NCBI GenBank assembly: GCA_034429475.1 | Contig: DAOUGD010000126.1 | Span: 32,818-96,817 of the forward strand | DNA: 64,000 nt | Direction of reading: 5' to 3' | DNA from: Anaerolineae bacterium | GTDB lineage: Bacteria > Chloroflexota > Anaerolineae > B4-G1 > SLSP01 | Shown: in pieces, positions 1-8,924 of the stretch | How the letters are laid out: every line of letters starts with the position of its first letter | Numbering within the stretch: the first letter of the stretch is position 1 | Translations under genes and position numbers: made by a program | Notes under the pieces: model-generated | The model's database searches: none | What the model was told of the DNA's origin: nothing | What the model saw: the letters and a program-made list of their open reading frames with translations, nothing else

Positions 1-1
1 C

Positions 2-1042
2 TACACCCATTACGCGCAATTGAAGAATCCCGGCGCGCCGTTCACCCTGCAAACCTGGCCGTATCGCAAGGAATTCCGCCTCTACGTGCGCCGCGATCTG
101 GCGCAGGACGTCTGGAATTACCGGCTGGGCGAGACGGCGGCGCCGGTGGTGAAGCCGCAGGCGACCGTGGCCCCCGACCCTTACCGCGCCGGGGAACAAA
201 GTTTGGCGACGACCGGCGTTGCGGCGCTGCCAAACGCGGCACCGCGCGGCATGGCAGTCTCGCCCGACGGCACACTCTACGTGGCCGATACGGCGCAACA
301 TCGCGTCTGGCATATCACGGCGCAGGGGGCCGTGTTGGGCAGCCTGGGCGGTTTCGGCGCAGCGCTGGGGCAGTTCAGCGAGCCGTGGGATGTGGCGTTG
401 GACGCGCAGGGGAATCTGTACGTCGCCGACACATGGAACCACCGCATCCAAAAGTTTGATGCGGCGGGGCAGTATGTGACGAGCTGGGGAACGCTGGCGC
501 AGGTGGCCGCGTTCAGCCCCAACGGCCAGAGCCTCTTCTTTGGCCCGCGCGGCATTGCCGTGGCGCCCAACGGCGAAGTGTTCGTGACGGACACCGGCAA
601 CAAGCGCGTCCAGGTGTTCGACGCCGATGGCAAGTTCCTGCGCGAGTTCGGCGGCAGCGGAACGTATCCGGGGCTGATGAACGAACCGGTGGGAATCGCC
701 GTGAACGAAACCGAAGTCTTTGTGGCGGACGCCTGGAACCGGCGCGTGCAAGTCTTCACACTTCAGGGAGACTTTGTGCGGCAGTGGCAAATTCCCTCGT
801 GGCGGCTGGACAACCCGGAGGAAAAGCCGTTCCTGGCGCTGTCCGGCGATTCCGTGTACGTGACCGAGCCGGGGCAGCGCCGCGTGCTGGCCTTTGCCGC
901 CGATGGGACGTTCCGCTGGGCCGTCACCGGCGGCGACGCCGGCATGTTGACCTACCCGGTGGGCGTCGCCGTGTATGAGAACATGCTGTACGTCGCCGAC
1001 ACGCACGCCGCGCAGGTGGTGGGGTATCGGCTGCCGGAGTAG
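2..1042 (+). CDS. NHL-repeat beta-propeller protein (5' end outside window; ORF track starts at TTG 20)
   Basis: Frame is open back to the window edge with no SD or signal peptide, so the gene is likely 5'-truncated. It carries repeated NHL motifs (YVADTAQHRVW, YVADTWNHRIQKFD, VTDTGNKRVQVFD, VADAWNRRVQVF). Confidence 0.7.
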   Translation, partial: YTHYAQLKNPGAPFTLQTWPYRKEFRLYVRRDLAQDVWNYRLGETAAPVVKPQATVAPDPYRAGEQSLATTGVAALPNAAPRGMAVSPDGTLYVADTAQHRVWHITAQGAVLGSLGGFGAALGQFSEPWDVALDAQGNLYVADTWNHRIQKFDAAGQYVTSWGTLAQVAAFSPNGQSLFFGPRGIAVAPNGEVFVTDTGNKRVQVFDADGKFLREFGGSGTYPGLMNEPVGIAVNETEVFVADAWNRRVQVFTLQGDFVRQWQIPSWRLDNPEEKPFLALSGDSVYVTEPGQRRVLAFAADGTFRWAVTGGDAGMLTYPVGVAVYENMLYVADTHAAQVVGYRLPE

Positions 1043-1057
1043 GGAATTGAATGAGCG

Positions 1058-1771
1058 ATGCAAGCCATCAAACAGACCTCTCGTGAGGAAAAGCTATATC
1101 TTTACGGCAGTATCTACGTGCTACTCTCAACCATTATCTTTGGCGTTATCAACTATTTCACATGGTCGCCGGGGGTGGTTACAGAAGTATCTGCTCTTTT
1201 CTTGCTGTCCTGGATACCTTTATACCTGCCTATGATAGTTTTCAACCAATTCGCCGATTGGAGAGTCAGCGAATTTGGGTTTGTGGTAGATAAGCGGACG
1301 GGAATTGTGGCGGCGATTTCCTTGTTGTTTGGCGTATGGGTGTGTGTCAAAGAGCCGACGCTGTGGATGTTTGACCGAGGTTACTATTCTTTGATCGAAG
1401 CTTTTGCGCGTGTGGGGGAAGAACTATACTTCAGAGGGTTTATTTACCTCCTCGTACTCAAGCTCTTCAAAGCTGAAAAGAAGCCGTATATCTGGGCTAT
1501 CGTTCTATCCAGTATCGTATTTGCGGCGATGCACACGCAGACTTTTCTGCCAGAGTATGGTACATCCCTATTCTCCGTATTTTTATCGGCGCTACTCTTG
1601 GCGTACCTGCGCCACAAAACCGATTCATTACTGCCTGGTATAACAATACACAGCTTTCTCAAAGGGAGCTTGCTCGGGATACTGTTTGGCTGGGCCATTT
1701 ACGCACTTTTCGTGCTTTGGGACTACATCGAAAAGCGTCATATCGCGCAGATGAATCTGCCAATCCGCTGA
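1058..1771 (+). CDS. CPBP (CAAX protease / Abi) family intramembrane metalloprotease
   Basis: A 237-aa polytopic membrane protein with the CPBP signature motifs EELYFRG and FAAMH. GC by eye is ~46% against ~65% for the flanking genes. Confidence 0.7.
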   Translation: MQAIKQTSREEKLYLYGSIYVLLSTIIFGVINYFTWSPGVVTEVSALFLLSWIPLYLPMIVFNQFADWRVSEFGFVVDKRTGIVAAISLLFGVWVCVKEPTLWMFDRGYYSLIEAFARVGEELYFRGFIYLLVLKLFKAEKKPYIWAIVLSSIVFAAMHTQTFLPEYGTSLFSVFLSALLLAYLRHKTDSLLPGITIHSFLKGSLLGILFGWAIYALFVLWDYIEKRHIAQMNLPIR

Positions 1772-1816
1772 TCCGCCGATCCGCTTTCTTAACCTTTCAA
1801 AAAGGAGTCCATTTCC

Positions 1817-3283
1817 ATGCCTCTTAGAATCGCCATGATTTCATCCGAATGTGCCCCGTTTGCCAAGACGGGGGGGCTGGCCGACGTGGTGGGCGCGCTG
1901 CCCCAGGCGTTGCGCGCGTTGGGCCACGAGGTGATCGTGATCATGCCCAAGTATGCCAGCATAGACGCTCAAAAGCACGAGTTGCACTCTTTCCTCGTGC
2001 CGCTGGGGGTGTGGATGGGTAACACGGAGGAATGGTGCGCCGTTCACGTCACCGAAAAGTACGGCGTGCCGGTCTACTTCATCGAATCGCAGAAGTACTT
2101 CGACCGTTCCGGTCTTTACCACGACGCCGACTTCAACGACTACCTCGATAACCCTCGCCGCTTCGCCTTCCTGTCGCGGGCGGCCCTGCAACTCTGCCGC
2201 GACATGGGCTTCGCGCCGGACATCGTCCACGCGCACGACTGGCAGGCGGCGCTGGCCCCGGCTTACCTGAAGGTTTGGCACTGGAACGACGCCGTGTTGG
2301 GCCGCGCGGCCAGCGTGTTGACCATCCACAACATCGGCTACCAGGGCGTGTATCCCGCTTCCCACTACGACTACATCGGCCTGCAATGGAGCAATTTTGT
2401 GTCGGACAAATTCGAGGCTCACGGCGCGATCAACTTCCTCAAGGGGGGTATCCAGTACGCGGACATGGTCAACACCGTCAGCCCGACGTATGCCGATGAG
2501 ACCCGCACCCCGGAACACGGCTGTGGGATGGCACCGTATTTGAACAACAAGGGCGAGAACTACATCGGCATCCTGAACGGCGTGGACTACCACGAGTGGA
2601 ATCCCGCTGTGGATCGGCTGATCCCGGCGCGTTACACACCTCAAGACCTGGCGGGTAAGGCCGTTTGCAAGCGGGAATTGCAGCGGCGCTTCAATCTCGC
2701 TGTGGATTCCCACATCCCCGTGATCGGCGTCGTGAGTCGCTTTGTGGATCAGAAGGGGCTGGATGTATTAGCCGGCGCTGTGGAGAATATCATCAAATCC
2801 ATGCAGGCGCAATTTGTGATCCTGGGATCGGGCGACAAGACCCTGGAATGGTATTACGGCAGCCTGCCGGCGCGCTATCCGGGCTACATCGGCAGCTACA
2901 TCGGTTACAGCAACGAGCTGGCGCACTGGATTGAGGCCGGCAGCGACTTCTTCATCATGCCCTCCCTCTATGAGCCGTGCGGCCTGAACCAGATTTACTC
3001 GCTCAAATACGGCACGCTGCCCATCGTCCGCGCCACCGGCGGGCTGGAGGACACCGTCCAGCAGTATGATGAAGCCACCGGGCGGGGCACCGGCTTCAAG
3101 TTTTGGGAACCCAGTCCTCACGCCATCTATTACACCGTCGGCTGGGCCGTGAGCACGTTCTTTGATCGCCCGTACCACCACCGACAGATGATGCAGCAGG
3201 CGATGGCTCAAGACTATTCTTGGGAGAACAGCGCCAGAGCGTATGAAGTCACCTACCAGCGTGCGCTGCGTAATCGGGGATAA
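1817..3283 (+). CDS. glgA: glycogen synthase (ADP-glucose type, GT5)
   Basis: 488 aa with the N-terminal KTGGLADVVGALP motif. An AAGGAG RBS lies upstream. Confidence 0.85.
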   Translation: MPLRIAMISSECAPFAKTGGLADVVGALPQALRALGHEVIVIMPKYASIDAQKHELHSFLVPLGVWMGNTEEWCAVHVTEKYGVPVYFIESQKYFDRSGLYHDADFNDYLDNPRRFAFLSRAALQLCRDMGFAPDIVHAHDWQAALAPAYLKVWHWNDAVLGRAASVLTIHNIGYQGVYPASHYDYIGLQWSNFVSDKFEAHGAINFLKGGIQYADMVNTVSPTYADETRTPEHGCGMAPYLNNKGENYIGILNGVDYHEWNPAVDRLIPARYTPQDLAGKAVCKRELQRRFNLAVDSHIPVIGVVSRFVDQKGLDVLAGAVENIIKSMQAQFVILGSGDKTLEWYYGSLPARYPGYIGSYIGYSNELAHWIEAGSDFFIMPSLYEPCGLNQIYSLKYGTLPIVRATGGLEDTVQQYDEATGRGTGFKFWEPSPHAIYYTVGWAVSTFFDRPYHHRQMMQQAMAQDYSWENSARAYEVTYQRALRNRG

Positions 3284-3337
3284 CCCGCTATCGCTTGCAC
3301 GATCCTTTACTTTGCACTATCATAAGGAAGCAAAAAA

Positions 3338-3373
3338 GTATTTTCGCGGACAGCACCCTATCCGCGAAAATAC
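3338..3373 (+). terminator. hairpin downstream of glgA (13-bp stem GTATTTTCGCGGA / TCCGCGAAAATAC)
   Basis: A perfect inverted repeat read directly from the sequence. The downstream T-run is weak. Confidence 0.35.
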
Positions 3374-3424
3374 GTCCCTACTCATCCGCCGCTTGAGCGG
3401 CTTATTTTTGAAGGAGGCACACCT

Positions 3425-3943
3425 ATGGGTTTGTTAGGTAAGCGCGATATGGGATCCCCGCAGCAAATGCACCGGGTTCACATGGCGAATGATGTGCTCT
3501 GGCTTACCGGGGAAATGGAGACGTTGGGCAACCCACACAACTACATCAACCAGGATGGCCTGAATTTCATCCGCATCAGCAACCCCCACATCACTCCATG
3601 GGGCTTCACCGGTCTGCCGGCCAGTCATACGCCGTTACTCATTATGACGCGGGAGCGCACCCAGTTGATCATCTTCCCTGACCCGGCGACGCAAGAACAA
3701 TTCCGCCCGCCGATGAAGACGGAATCCTTGATCATCAACCTCTCGCTGGCTGTGATCCGGGGAAAAGTGCCGTTTCTGAGCGAGGCCCAGGTTCACAACT
3801 TCCTGGATTTCTGGAAGGGAATCTTCTTTCCGGTGATGGATGCTTCCTTGTACTTCTTGACCGATGGCCCGGCAGAGTTACCCGGCGAGTGTGCGCTGGT
3901 TTACGTCAACCGCAACCTGATTCAAAGTTACATCGGCGGGTAG
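3425..3943 (+). CDS. hypothetical protein
   Basis: A 172-aa ORF with a strong AAGGAGG RBS 6 nt upstream. No family motif was recognised. Confidence 0.45.
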   Translation: MGLLGKRDMGSPQQMHRVHMANDVLWLTGEMETLGNPHNYINQDGLNFIRISNPHITPWGFTGLPASHTPLLIMTRERTQLIIFPDPATQEQFRPPMKTESLIINLSLAVIRGKVPFLSEAQVHNFLDFWKGIFFPVMDASLYFLTDGPAELPGECALVYVNRNLIQSYIGG

Positions 3944-3962
3944 GCCTGGGCGCCGGTTTAAT

Positions 3963-4313
3963 ATGAAAACACCGGAGGGGCGGGAGTGCCCTTACTACTA
4001 CGTGGACTATCATCGTCGGGCGATGTCGCACGAAGTTTGCCATCTCCTGGAAGGTCGTCCGGACGCCATGCGCTGGACGAGCGCGTTGTGCGCCACATGC
4101 GCCGTCCCCGACATCAAGCGGGTCAACGGCTGCCCTTTTATGCGCCTCCACATCTTCATCGGCAAACCCTGGTGGCGTTTTTGGGGCAAAGAATCCATCC
4201 AGTTGTACGCCGACTGCGAGCGCAGTCACAAAGTGGTTGAAAACCCCTACGTAGGATGTGGCGAATGTCACCCGCCGATGCAATTTGTCGTCGGCCAAGA
4301 CCCTAAAACGTGA
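3963..4313 (+). CDS. hypothetical Cys/His-rich small protein (possible metal-binding)
   Basis: 116 aa, 19 nt after the previous stop, with 8 Cys including CATC and CGEC pairs. No known family was recognised. Confidence 0.4.
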   Translation: MKTPEGRECPYYYVDYHRRAMSHEVCHLLEGRPDAMRWTSALCATCAVPDIKRVNGCPFMRLHIFIGKPWWRFWGKESIQLYADCERSHKVVENPYVGCGECHPPMQFVVGQDPKT

Positions 4314-4345
4314 AGTGTAAAAGCGATTGGATGAAAAAAACTTTC

Positions 4346-4405
4346 TCAACGGATGTAACGGAATTTAACGGATATTTTCTCCGTTTAATCCGTTCAATCC
4401 GTTGA
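4346..4405. repeat. palindromic AACGGAT-unit element, copy A (TCAACGGAT-GTAACGGAAT-TTAACGGAT ... ATCCGTTTAATCCGTTCAATCCGTTGA)
   Basis: A full two-armed copy sits 20 bp upstream of mtnP. Family members are at 21270, 23441, 37805 and 44493. Confidence 0.75.
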
Positions 4406-4427
4406 GGCTATTTTCAGGGGAGGTTTT

Positions 4428-5294
4428 ATGAATTCTGAACCTGTGCGTATTGGCGTCATCGGAGGCTCCGGCTTGTACCAGATGGAGGGTCTTGCGCATC
4501 TGCGGGAAGCACATCTCTCCACTCCCTTTGGCGATCCCAGTGATGTTATCTTCATTGGCGATGTGGAGGGTGTGCCGGTGGCGTTTCTCCCCCGCCATGG
4601 TCGAGGCCATATTCACAATCCGACTGAGGTGCCCTATCGCGCCAACATCTTCGCGCTCAAGCAGTTGGGCGTGCAACAGCTCATCAGCGTCTCTGCTTGT
4701 GGCTCCTTGCGTGAGCACCTCCACCCTGGCGAGATCGTCGTGCCAGATCAGCTTTTTGACTTCACCAAACGGCGCAATAGCTCGTTTTTTGAGACGGGGT
4801 GGGTCGCGCATGTTTCGGTGGCCGAGCCTTTTTGCAATGACCTGTCCGCGCTGTTGGCCGACGCCATTGGCGCTGCCGGAGGGGTGGCGCATCATGGCGG
4901 AACGTTTATCACTATCGAAGGCCCGCGTTTCAGCACCAAGGGCGAAAGCTACGTCTACCGCGCCTGGGGCATGGACATCATCGGCATGACCGCCAGCCCG
5001 GAAGCGTTCCTGGCGCGGGAGGCCGGGATGTGCTACGCCACGATGGCGCACATCACCGACTACGACGTCTGGCACGAAAGCGCCGAAGCTGTCACGGTGG
5101 ACATGGTGATCCAGTGCCTGAATCAGAACGTGCGCCTGGCGCAGGAAACCCTCCGTTGCCTGGCGCCGCGCCTTGCTGCGCGCGACATCACGTGCGGGTG
5201 CAGTCAAGCGCTGGCTAATGCGCTGATCACCGCCCCCGACCGCATCCCATCCGAAACGCGCGCTCGCCTGAACCCATTGCTGCCCACCGCCTGA
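4428..5294 (+). CDS. mtnP: S-methyl-5'-thioadenosine phosphorylase
   Basis: The N-terminus RIGVIGGSGLY and overall PNP/MTAP-family similarity over 288 aa support this call. Confidence 0.8.
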   Translation: MNSEPVRIGVIGGSGLYQMEGLAHLREAHLSTPFGDPSDVIFIGDVEGVPVAFLPRHGRGHIHNPTEVPYRANIFALKQLGVQQLISVSACGSLREHLHPGEIVVPDQLFDFTKRRNSSFFETGWVAHVSVAEPFCNDLSALLADAIGAAGGVAHHGGTFITIEGPRFSTKGESYVYRAWGMDIIGMTASPEAFLAREAGMCYATMAHITDYDVWHESAEAVTVDMVIQCLNQNVRLAQETLRCLAPRLAARDITCGCSQALANALITAPDRIPSETRARLNPLLPTA

Positions 5295-5463
5295 TCCTCT
5301 CTGTGGCGAGCATCCAAGCTGCATGAAAATGCCATTTTTTCGACCTGTTGCGCGCGAATCAACGCTGGACATAAAAACTCCTCAACTCCTGGCGAACTCC
5401 AGGCTTTCGCACTTGTTTGCGGCTTTATCCGGGCGGGCGCGCGGTGCGGACGGCGCTACCCCT

Positions 5464-8055
5464 ATGACTCAGCCGCTCTTGCTCCTGTTGGCCGGGCTGT
5501 TTGTGGCGCTCGGCGGGGCTGCCCTGCACTTCTCTATGCACATTCCCCTTTGGCGGCTGATCATCCTCGGCGGCGGCTGGACGCTGGCCTGGGGCGCAAG
5601 TTTCTGGGTGCTGCGCGCCCGTCTCCCTGACGCCGACCCCTTCATTCTGCCCATCGTCGCGCTGTTGACCGGGTGGGGCTTACTGCTGCAAGCACGCCTG
5701 GCTCCGGCGTTTATGCTGCGCCAGACGCTCTGGCTTCTCATCGGCTGCGGTGCGCTGTGCGGCGTGGCGCTCTATCCCCGGTTGCCGCGCCTGCTGCGCC
5801 GTTACCGCTACTCCTTCCTGGCGGCCGGATTGTTGCTCCTGGGCGCCACCCTGGTCTTTGGCGTGAATCCCTCCGGCTACGGCCAGCAGCTTTGGCTGGG
5901 AGCGTTTGGCGTCTACTTCCAGCCCTCGGAGCTGCTTAAATTGCTCCTGGTGATCTACCTGGCCTCGTACTTGTGCGACCGCCGTGAGGTGCTGGCGCAA
6001 AAGAAGGTACACCATCCCCTGTGGGGCGTTGTCCTTGGTCCGATGTTAGCGATGGTGGGCGTCGCGCTGCTGCTCTTGGGGTGGCAGCAAGACCTGGGCG
6101 CGGCGCTCCTCTTCTACCTGACCTTCGTGGCGATGCTGTACCTGGCCTGGGGAAAAGTCTGGTACGTGGCCCTCAGCCTACTTGTCTTTATCCCGGTGGC
6201 GGTAGCGGGATACTTCATCTCTGACCGTGTGGCGCTGCGGGTGAGCATCTGGCTCGATCCGTGGGCGCCCGCACAGGCCGACCGCGCCTTCCAAATCCTG
6301 CAATCCCTCTTTGCCCTGGCGTCCGGCGGCATCTTCGGGCAGGGATTGGGACAGGGCGCGCCGACGTTGATCCCTGTCGTCCACTCCGATTTTGTCTACG
6401 CCGCCCTGGTGGAGGAGTTCGGTATGCTCGGCGCGTTGGCGCTGCTGGCCTTGATCGGCCTGCTGATCTATCGCGGCCTCCTGTGGGCGCAGCGGGCGGA
6501 GTCGCCGTTTGAAGCGCTGCTGGCCGGCGGCATTGCCGCCATTTGGGGGATTCAAACCTGGGTAATTTTGGGAGGCAATGCCAAACTGATCCCCATCACC
6601 GGCGTGACGCTGCCGTTTGTCAGCTATGGCGGTTCGTCCCTGTTGGTGATGTTGCTGGCCACCGGCTTGCTGCTCAACCTTTCGGCCCCGCATCCGGCGA
6701 CCTTCGCCATCTCCCTGACGCCCGACAAGGCGCCATCCTTGGCGCGCACAGCGGGCCGGTTGGGACAGGGCCTGCTGTTCTTGTTGGTAACTGTGGCGCT
6801 CGATACCGGCTGGTGGGCAGTGCTGCGCAGCGACGACCTGCGCACGTATCTGGCGAACCCCCGCTACATCCTATCCGAGAGCCGGATTCGGCGGGGCCGC
6901 GTCCTGGATCGGGCGGGGGGAACGCTGGCGGACGTTCGCGTAGATGAAGACGGCTACGTCACCCGCGCCTATCCGGCGCCGTCGGCGGCGGCGGTGGTGG
7001 GCTACGCGACGCTCCAATACGGCGCCGCCGGCATAGAAGCCGCCTGTGACTCTCGACTGCGCGGCGACGTGACGCGCACGTCCTGGGATAGAGCGGTGGA
7101 GCAATTGCTGCACCACGATCCCATTGGCGAGGACGTGCGCCTGACGTTGGACGTGCATCTGCAACGCAGCGCGCACCAGCTTCTGGCGGAGTATCAAGGC
7201 GCGGCGGTGATGGTGGATGTGCGCACCGGCGAAATTCTTGCGCTGGCCTCATCGCCGGTGTACACCTCGGCAACGGTGGCCGAGGACTGGGAGACGCTGC
7301 GCGAAGATCCGGCGGCGCCCCTGCTCAACCGCGTCACGCAGGGCTTGGCGCAACCCGGCGCGATTTTGGAGACGGTGCTGCTGGGGAGCGCCTTGGAGCG
7401 CGGCGACTTGCCGACACCCACCCTGCCTTTCACCCAGGCCGTGATTTTCAACGGCGCGACGCTGACCTGCCAGCATCCGCCTGCCGGGGAAGATTGGGCA
7501 GCCGCGCTGACCGCCGCTTGCCCGGCGCCGTTTGTGGCGTTGGGGCAGGATTTGGGCTTACCGGCTCTGGCAGAGAGTTTCGCGGCCTGGGGGCTGACCG
7601 AGGCGCCGGCTTTGGAACTGCCCACCGTTGCCGCGCCCTGGGAGCCGCAAACGGCGGATGTGGCGCGGGAAGCCCTGGGGCAGGGCGCGTTGCTGGTCAC
7701 GCCGTTGCAAATGGTGGGCGTCGCCGCCGCGTTGGGAAATGATGGCGTGCGTCCGCCCTTGCATTTGCTGTCCCGTTCGACGCCCGGCTGTGTCACGCCG
7801 GCGACCAGTGCTGAGCGCATCCTTGCATCGGAGTATGCGGCGCAACTGCGGGCACTGTGGCCGCGTTTTGGCGGGGCCGCCGGTCATCAGGGGCAGTCTT
7901 TAGCCGGCCCGGAGCGTGTGCAGACGTGGTTCATCGGCTTGGATTCGCCGGTGGCGGCGCATTACGCGGTAGCGGTGGTGGTAGAGAACGGCCATGATCC
8001 CCAGGCGGCGGCGCGCATTGGCCTGGCCCTGTTGGAGCAGGGTGTGGTGCCCTAA
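5464..8055 (+). CDS. SEDS (FtsW/RodA/SpoVE) family protein fused to a C-terminal PBP2-like transpeptidase-fold domain
   Basis: The ORF is open from 5323, but GC3 rises from ~55% to ~85% at the MTQ start (5464). The N-terminal half is multi-TM with SEDS motifs (SGGIFGQGLGQG, LPFVSYGGSSLL). The C-terminal half aligns by eye to bPBP (VMVDVRTGEILALASSP, ALGQGALLVTPLQMVGVAAALGNDG). Confidence 0.65.
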   Translation: MTQPLLLLLAGLFVALGGAALHFSMHIPLWRLIILGGGWTLAWGASFWVLRARLPDADPFILPIVALLTGWGLLLQARLAPAFMLRQTLWLLIGCGALCGVALYPRLPRLLRRYRYSFLAAGLLLLGATLVFGVNPSGYGQQLWLGAFGVYFQPSELLKLLLVIYLASYLCDRREVLAQKKVHHPLWGVVLGPMLAMVGVALLLLGWQQDLGAALLFYLTFVAMLYLAWGKVWYVALSLLVFIPVAVAGYFISDRVALRVSIWLDPWAPAQADRAFQILQSLFALASGGIFGQGLGQGAPTLIPVVHSDFVYAALVEEFGMLGALALLALIGLLIYRGLLWAQRAESPFEALLAGGIAAIWGIQTWVILGGNAKLIPITGVTLPFVSYGGSSLLVMLLATGLLLNLSAPHPATFAISLTPDKAPSLARTAGRLGQGLLFLLVTVALDTGWWAVLRSDDLRTYLANPRYILSESRIRRGRVLDRAGGTLADVRVDEDGYVTRAYPAPSAAAVVGYATLQYGAAGIEAACDSRLRGDVTRTSWDRAVEQLLHHDPIGEDVRLTLDVHLQRSAHQLLAEYQGAAVMVDVRTGEILALASSPVYTSATVAEDWETLREDPAAPLLNRVTQGLAQPGAILETVLLGSALERGDLPTPTLPFTQAVIFNGATLTCQHPPAGEDWAAALTAACPAPFVALGQDLGLPALAESFAAWGLTEAPALELPTVAAPWEPQTADVAREALGQGALLVTPLQMVGVAAALGNDGVRPPLHLLSRSTPGCVTPATSAERILASEYAAQLRALWPRFGGAAGHQGQSLAGPERVQTWFIGLDSPVAAHYAVAVVVENGHDPQAAARIGLALLEQGVVP

Positions 8056-8107
8056 GTCCTTACCGTTTAGAGACAAACTGGTTGATTTCTAACCCAATCC
8101 CCATTTT

Positions 8108-8140
8108 AGGTTTGACAAACCTTTAATTTTAGCATATCAT
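8108..8140 (+). promoter_or_regulatory. sigma70-like promoter (-35 TTGACA 8112-8117, 17-bp spacer, -10 TATCAT 8135-8140) with a 15-bp perfect palindrome AGGTTTGACAAACCT over the -35
   Basis: Read directly from the AT-rich region upstream of the response regulator gene. Confidence 0.4.
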
Positions 8141-8219
8141 TGGGGATAGGGATGCATCCACAGATCGAATCAAACCTTTGCACTTCGGTCACAGTAAGTA
8201 GCACTTTTAGGAGCGAGTG

Positions 8220-8921
8220 ATGAACGAAAATATTCTGCTGATTGAGGACGACGAGGCCCTGGCGCAATTGGTGCAATTATTGCTGGAACGCGCCGGTTAT
8301 ATGGTGCGTGCGGCGAATAATGGGGAGGCGGGTCTGGAAATTGCGCGCGCCCATCTCCCTGATTTGGTGCTGCTCGATATTTTGATGCCGGATATGGATG
8401 GCTGGCACGTTTATGAGGCTTTGCGGCGGATCACCGACGCGCCGGTGCTTTTCCTCACCGCGTTAGGGGACGAACACAACATCACTTATGGCCTGGGGCT
8501 GGGTGCCGATGATTACATTGTCAAACCGTTTGGGTACAAAGAGTTGGTGACGCGCGTCAAGGCTTCGCTTTCCCGCGTCCGGCGCGCGCGGGGCGAACAG
8601 ACTATTTTCCAAACTGGCAACCTCTGGGTGAACCTGGATACCCATGAAGTAAAGATTGACAACCGAATGGTCAACCTCACGCCGACGGAATTTCAACTCC
8701 TGTCGGCCCTTATTCAGGACTCCGGGCGCACGGTAAATCACGATACGCTTTTGCGGCGGGTGTGGGGGCCGGAATATTCGAACCGCCGCGATTACCTCAA
8801 GCTCTATATCTGGTATCTGCGGCAGAAGATTGAAGAAGACCCGCGCCGGCCCTTGCGGATCGTCAGTGAACGTGGGCAGGGATACCGCTTACTGATCGAA
8901 CCGCAAGAATCTGAGGGGTAA
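8220..8921 (+). CDS. OmpR-family winged-helix response regulator
   Basis: A receiver domain (LLIEDDE ... LVLLDILMPDMDG) plus a C-terminal trans_reg_C domain (LTPTEFQLLSAL ... GQGYRLL). AGGAG RBS; the ORF track starts at GTG 8217. Confidence 0.85.
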   Translation: MNENILLIEDDEALAQLVQLLLERAGYMVRAANNGEAGLEIARAHLPDLVLLDILMPDMDGWHVYEALRRITDAPVLFLTALGDEHNITYGLGLGADDYIVKPFGYKELVTRVKASLSRVRRARGEQTIFQTGNLWVNLDTHEVKIDNRMVNLTPTEFQLLSALIQDSGRTVNHDTLLRRVWGPEYSNRRDYLKLYIWYLRQKIEEDPRRPLRIVSERGQGYRLLIEPQESEG

Positions 8922-8924
8922 CCG

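Noticed and set aside
1841-2713. Long antisense ORFs inside glgA, and others of the same kind (22106-23530, 24470-25720, 15145-16059, 36223-37242, 40632-41333, 63504-63842)
   Set aside because: Each overlaps, in another frame, a gene with clear family motifs. High GC suppresses stop codons. None has an RBS or recognisable domains.
4365-5372. 335-aa minus-strand ORF across mtnP and the palindromic element
   Set aside because: It is antisense to mtnP, and its 'N-terminus' simply translates the repeat (…NSLNGLNGLNG…).
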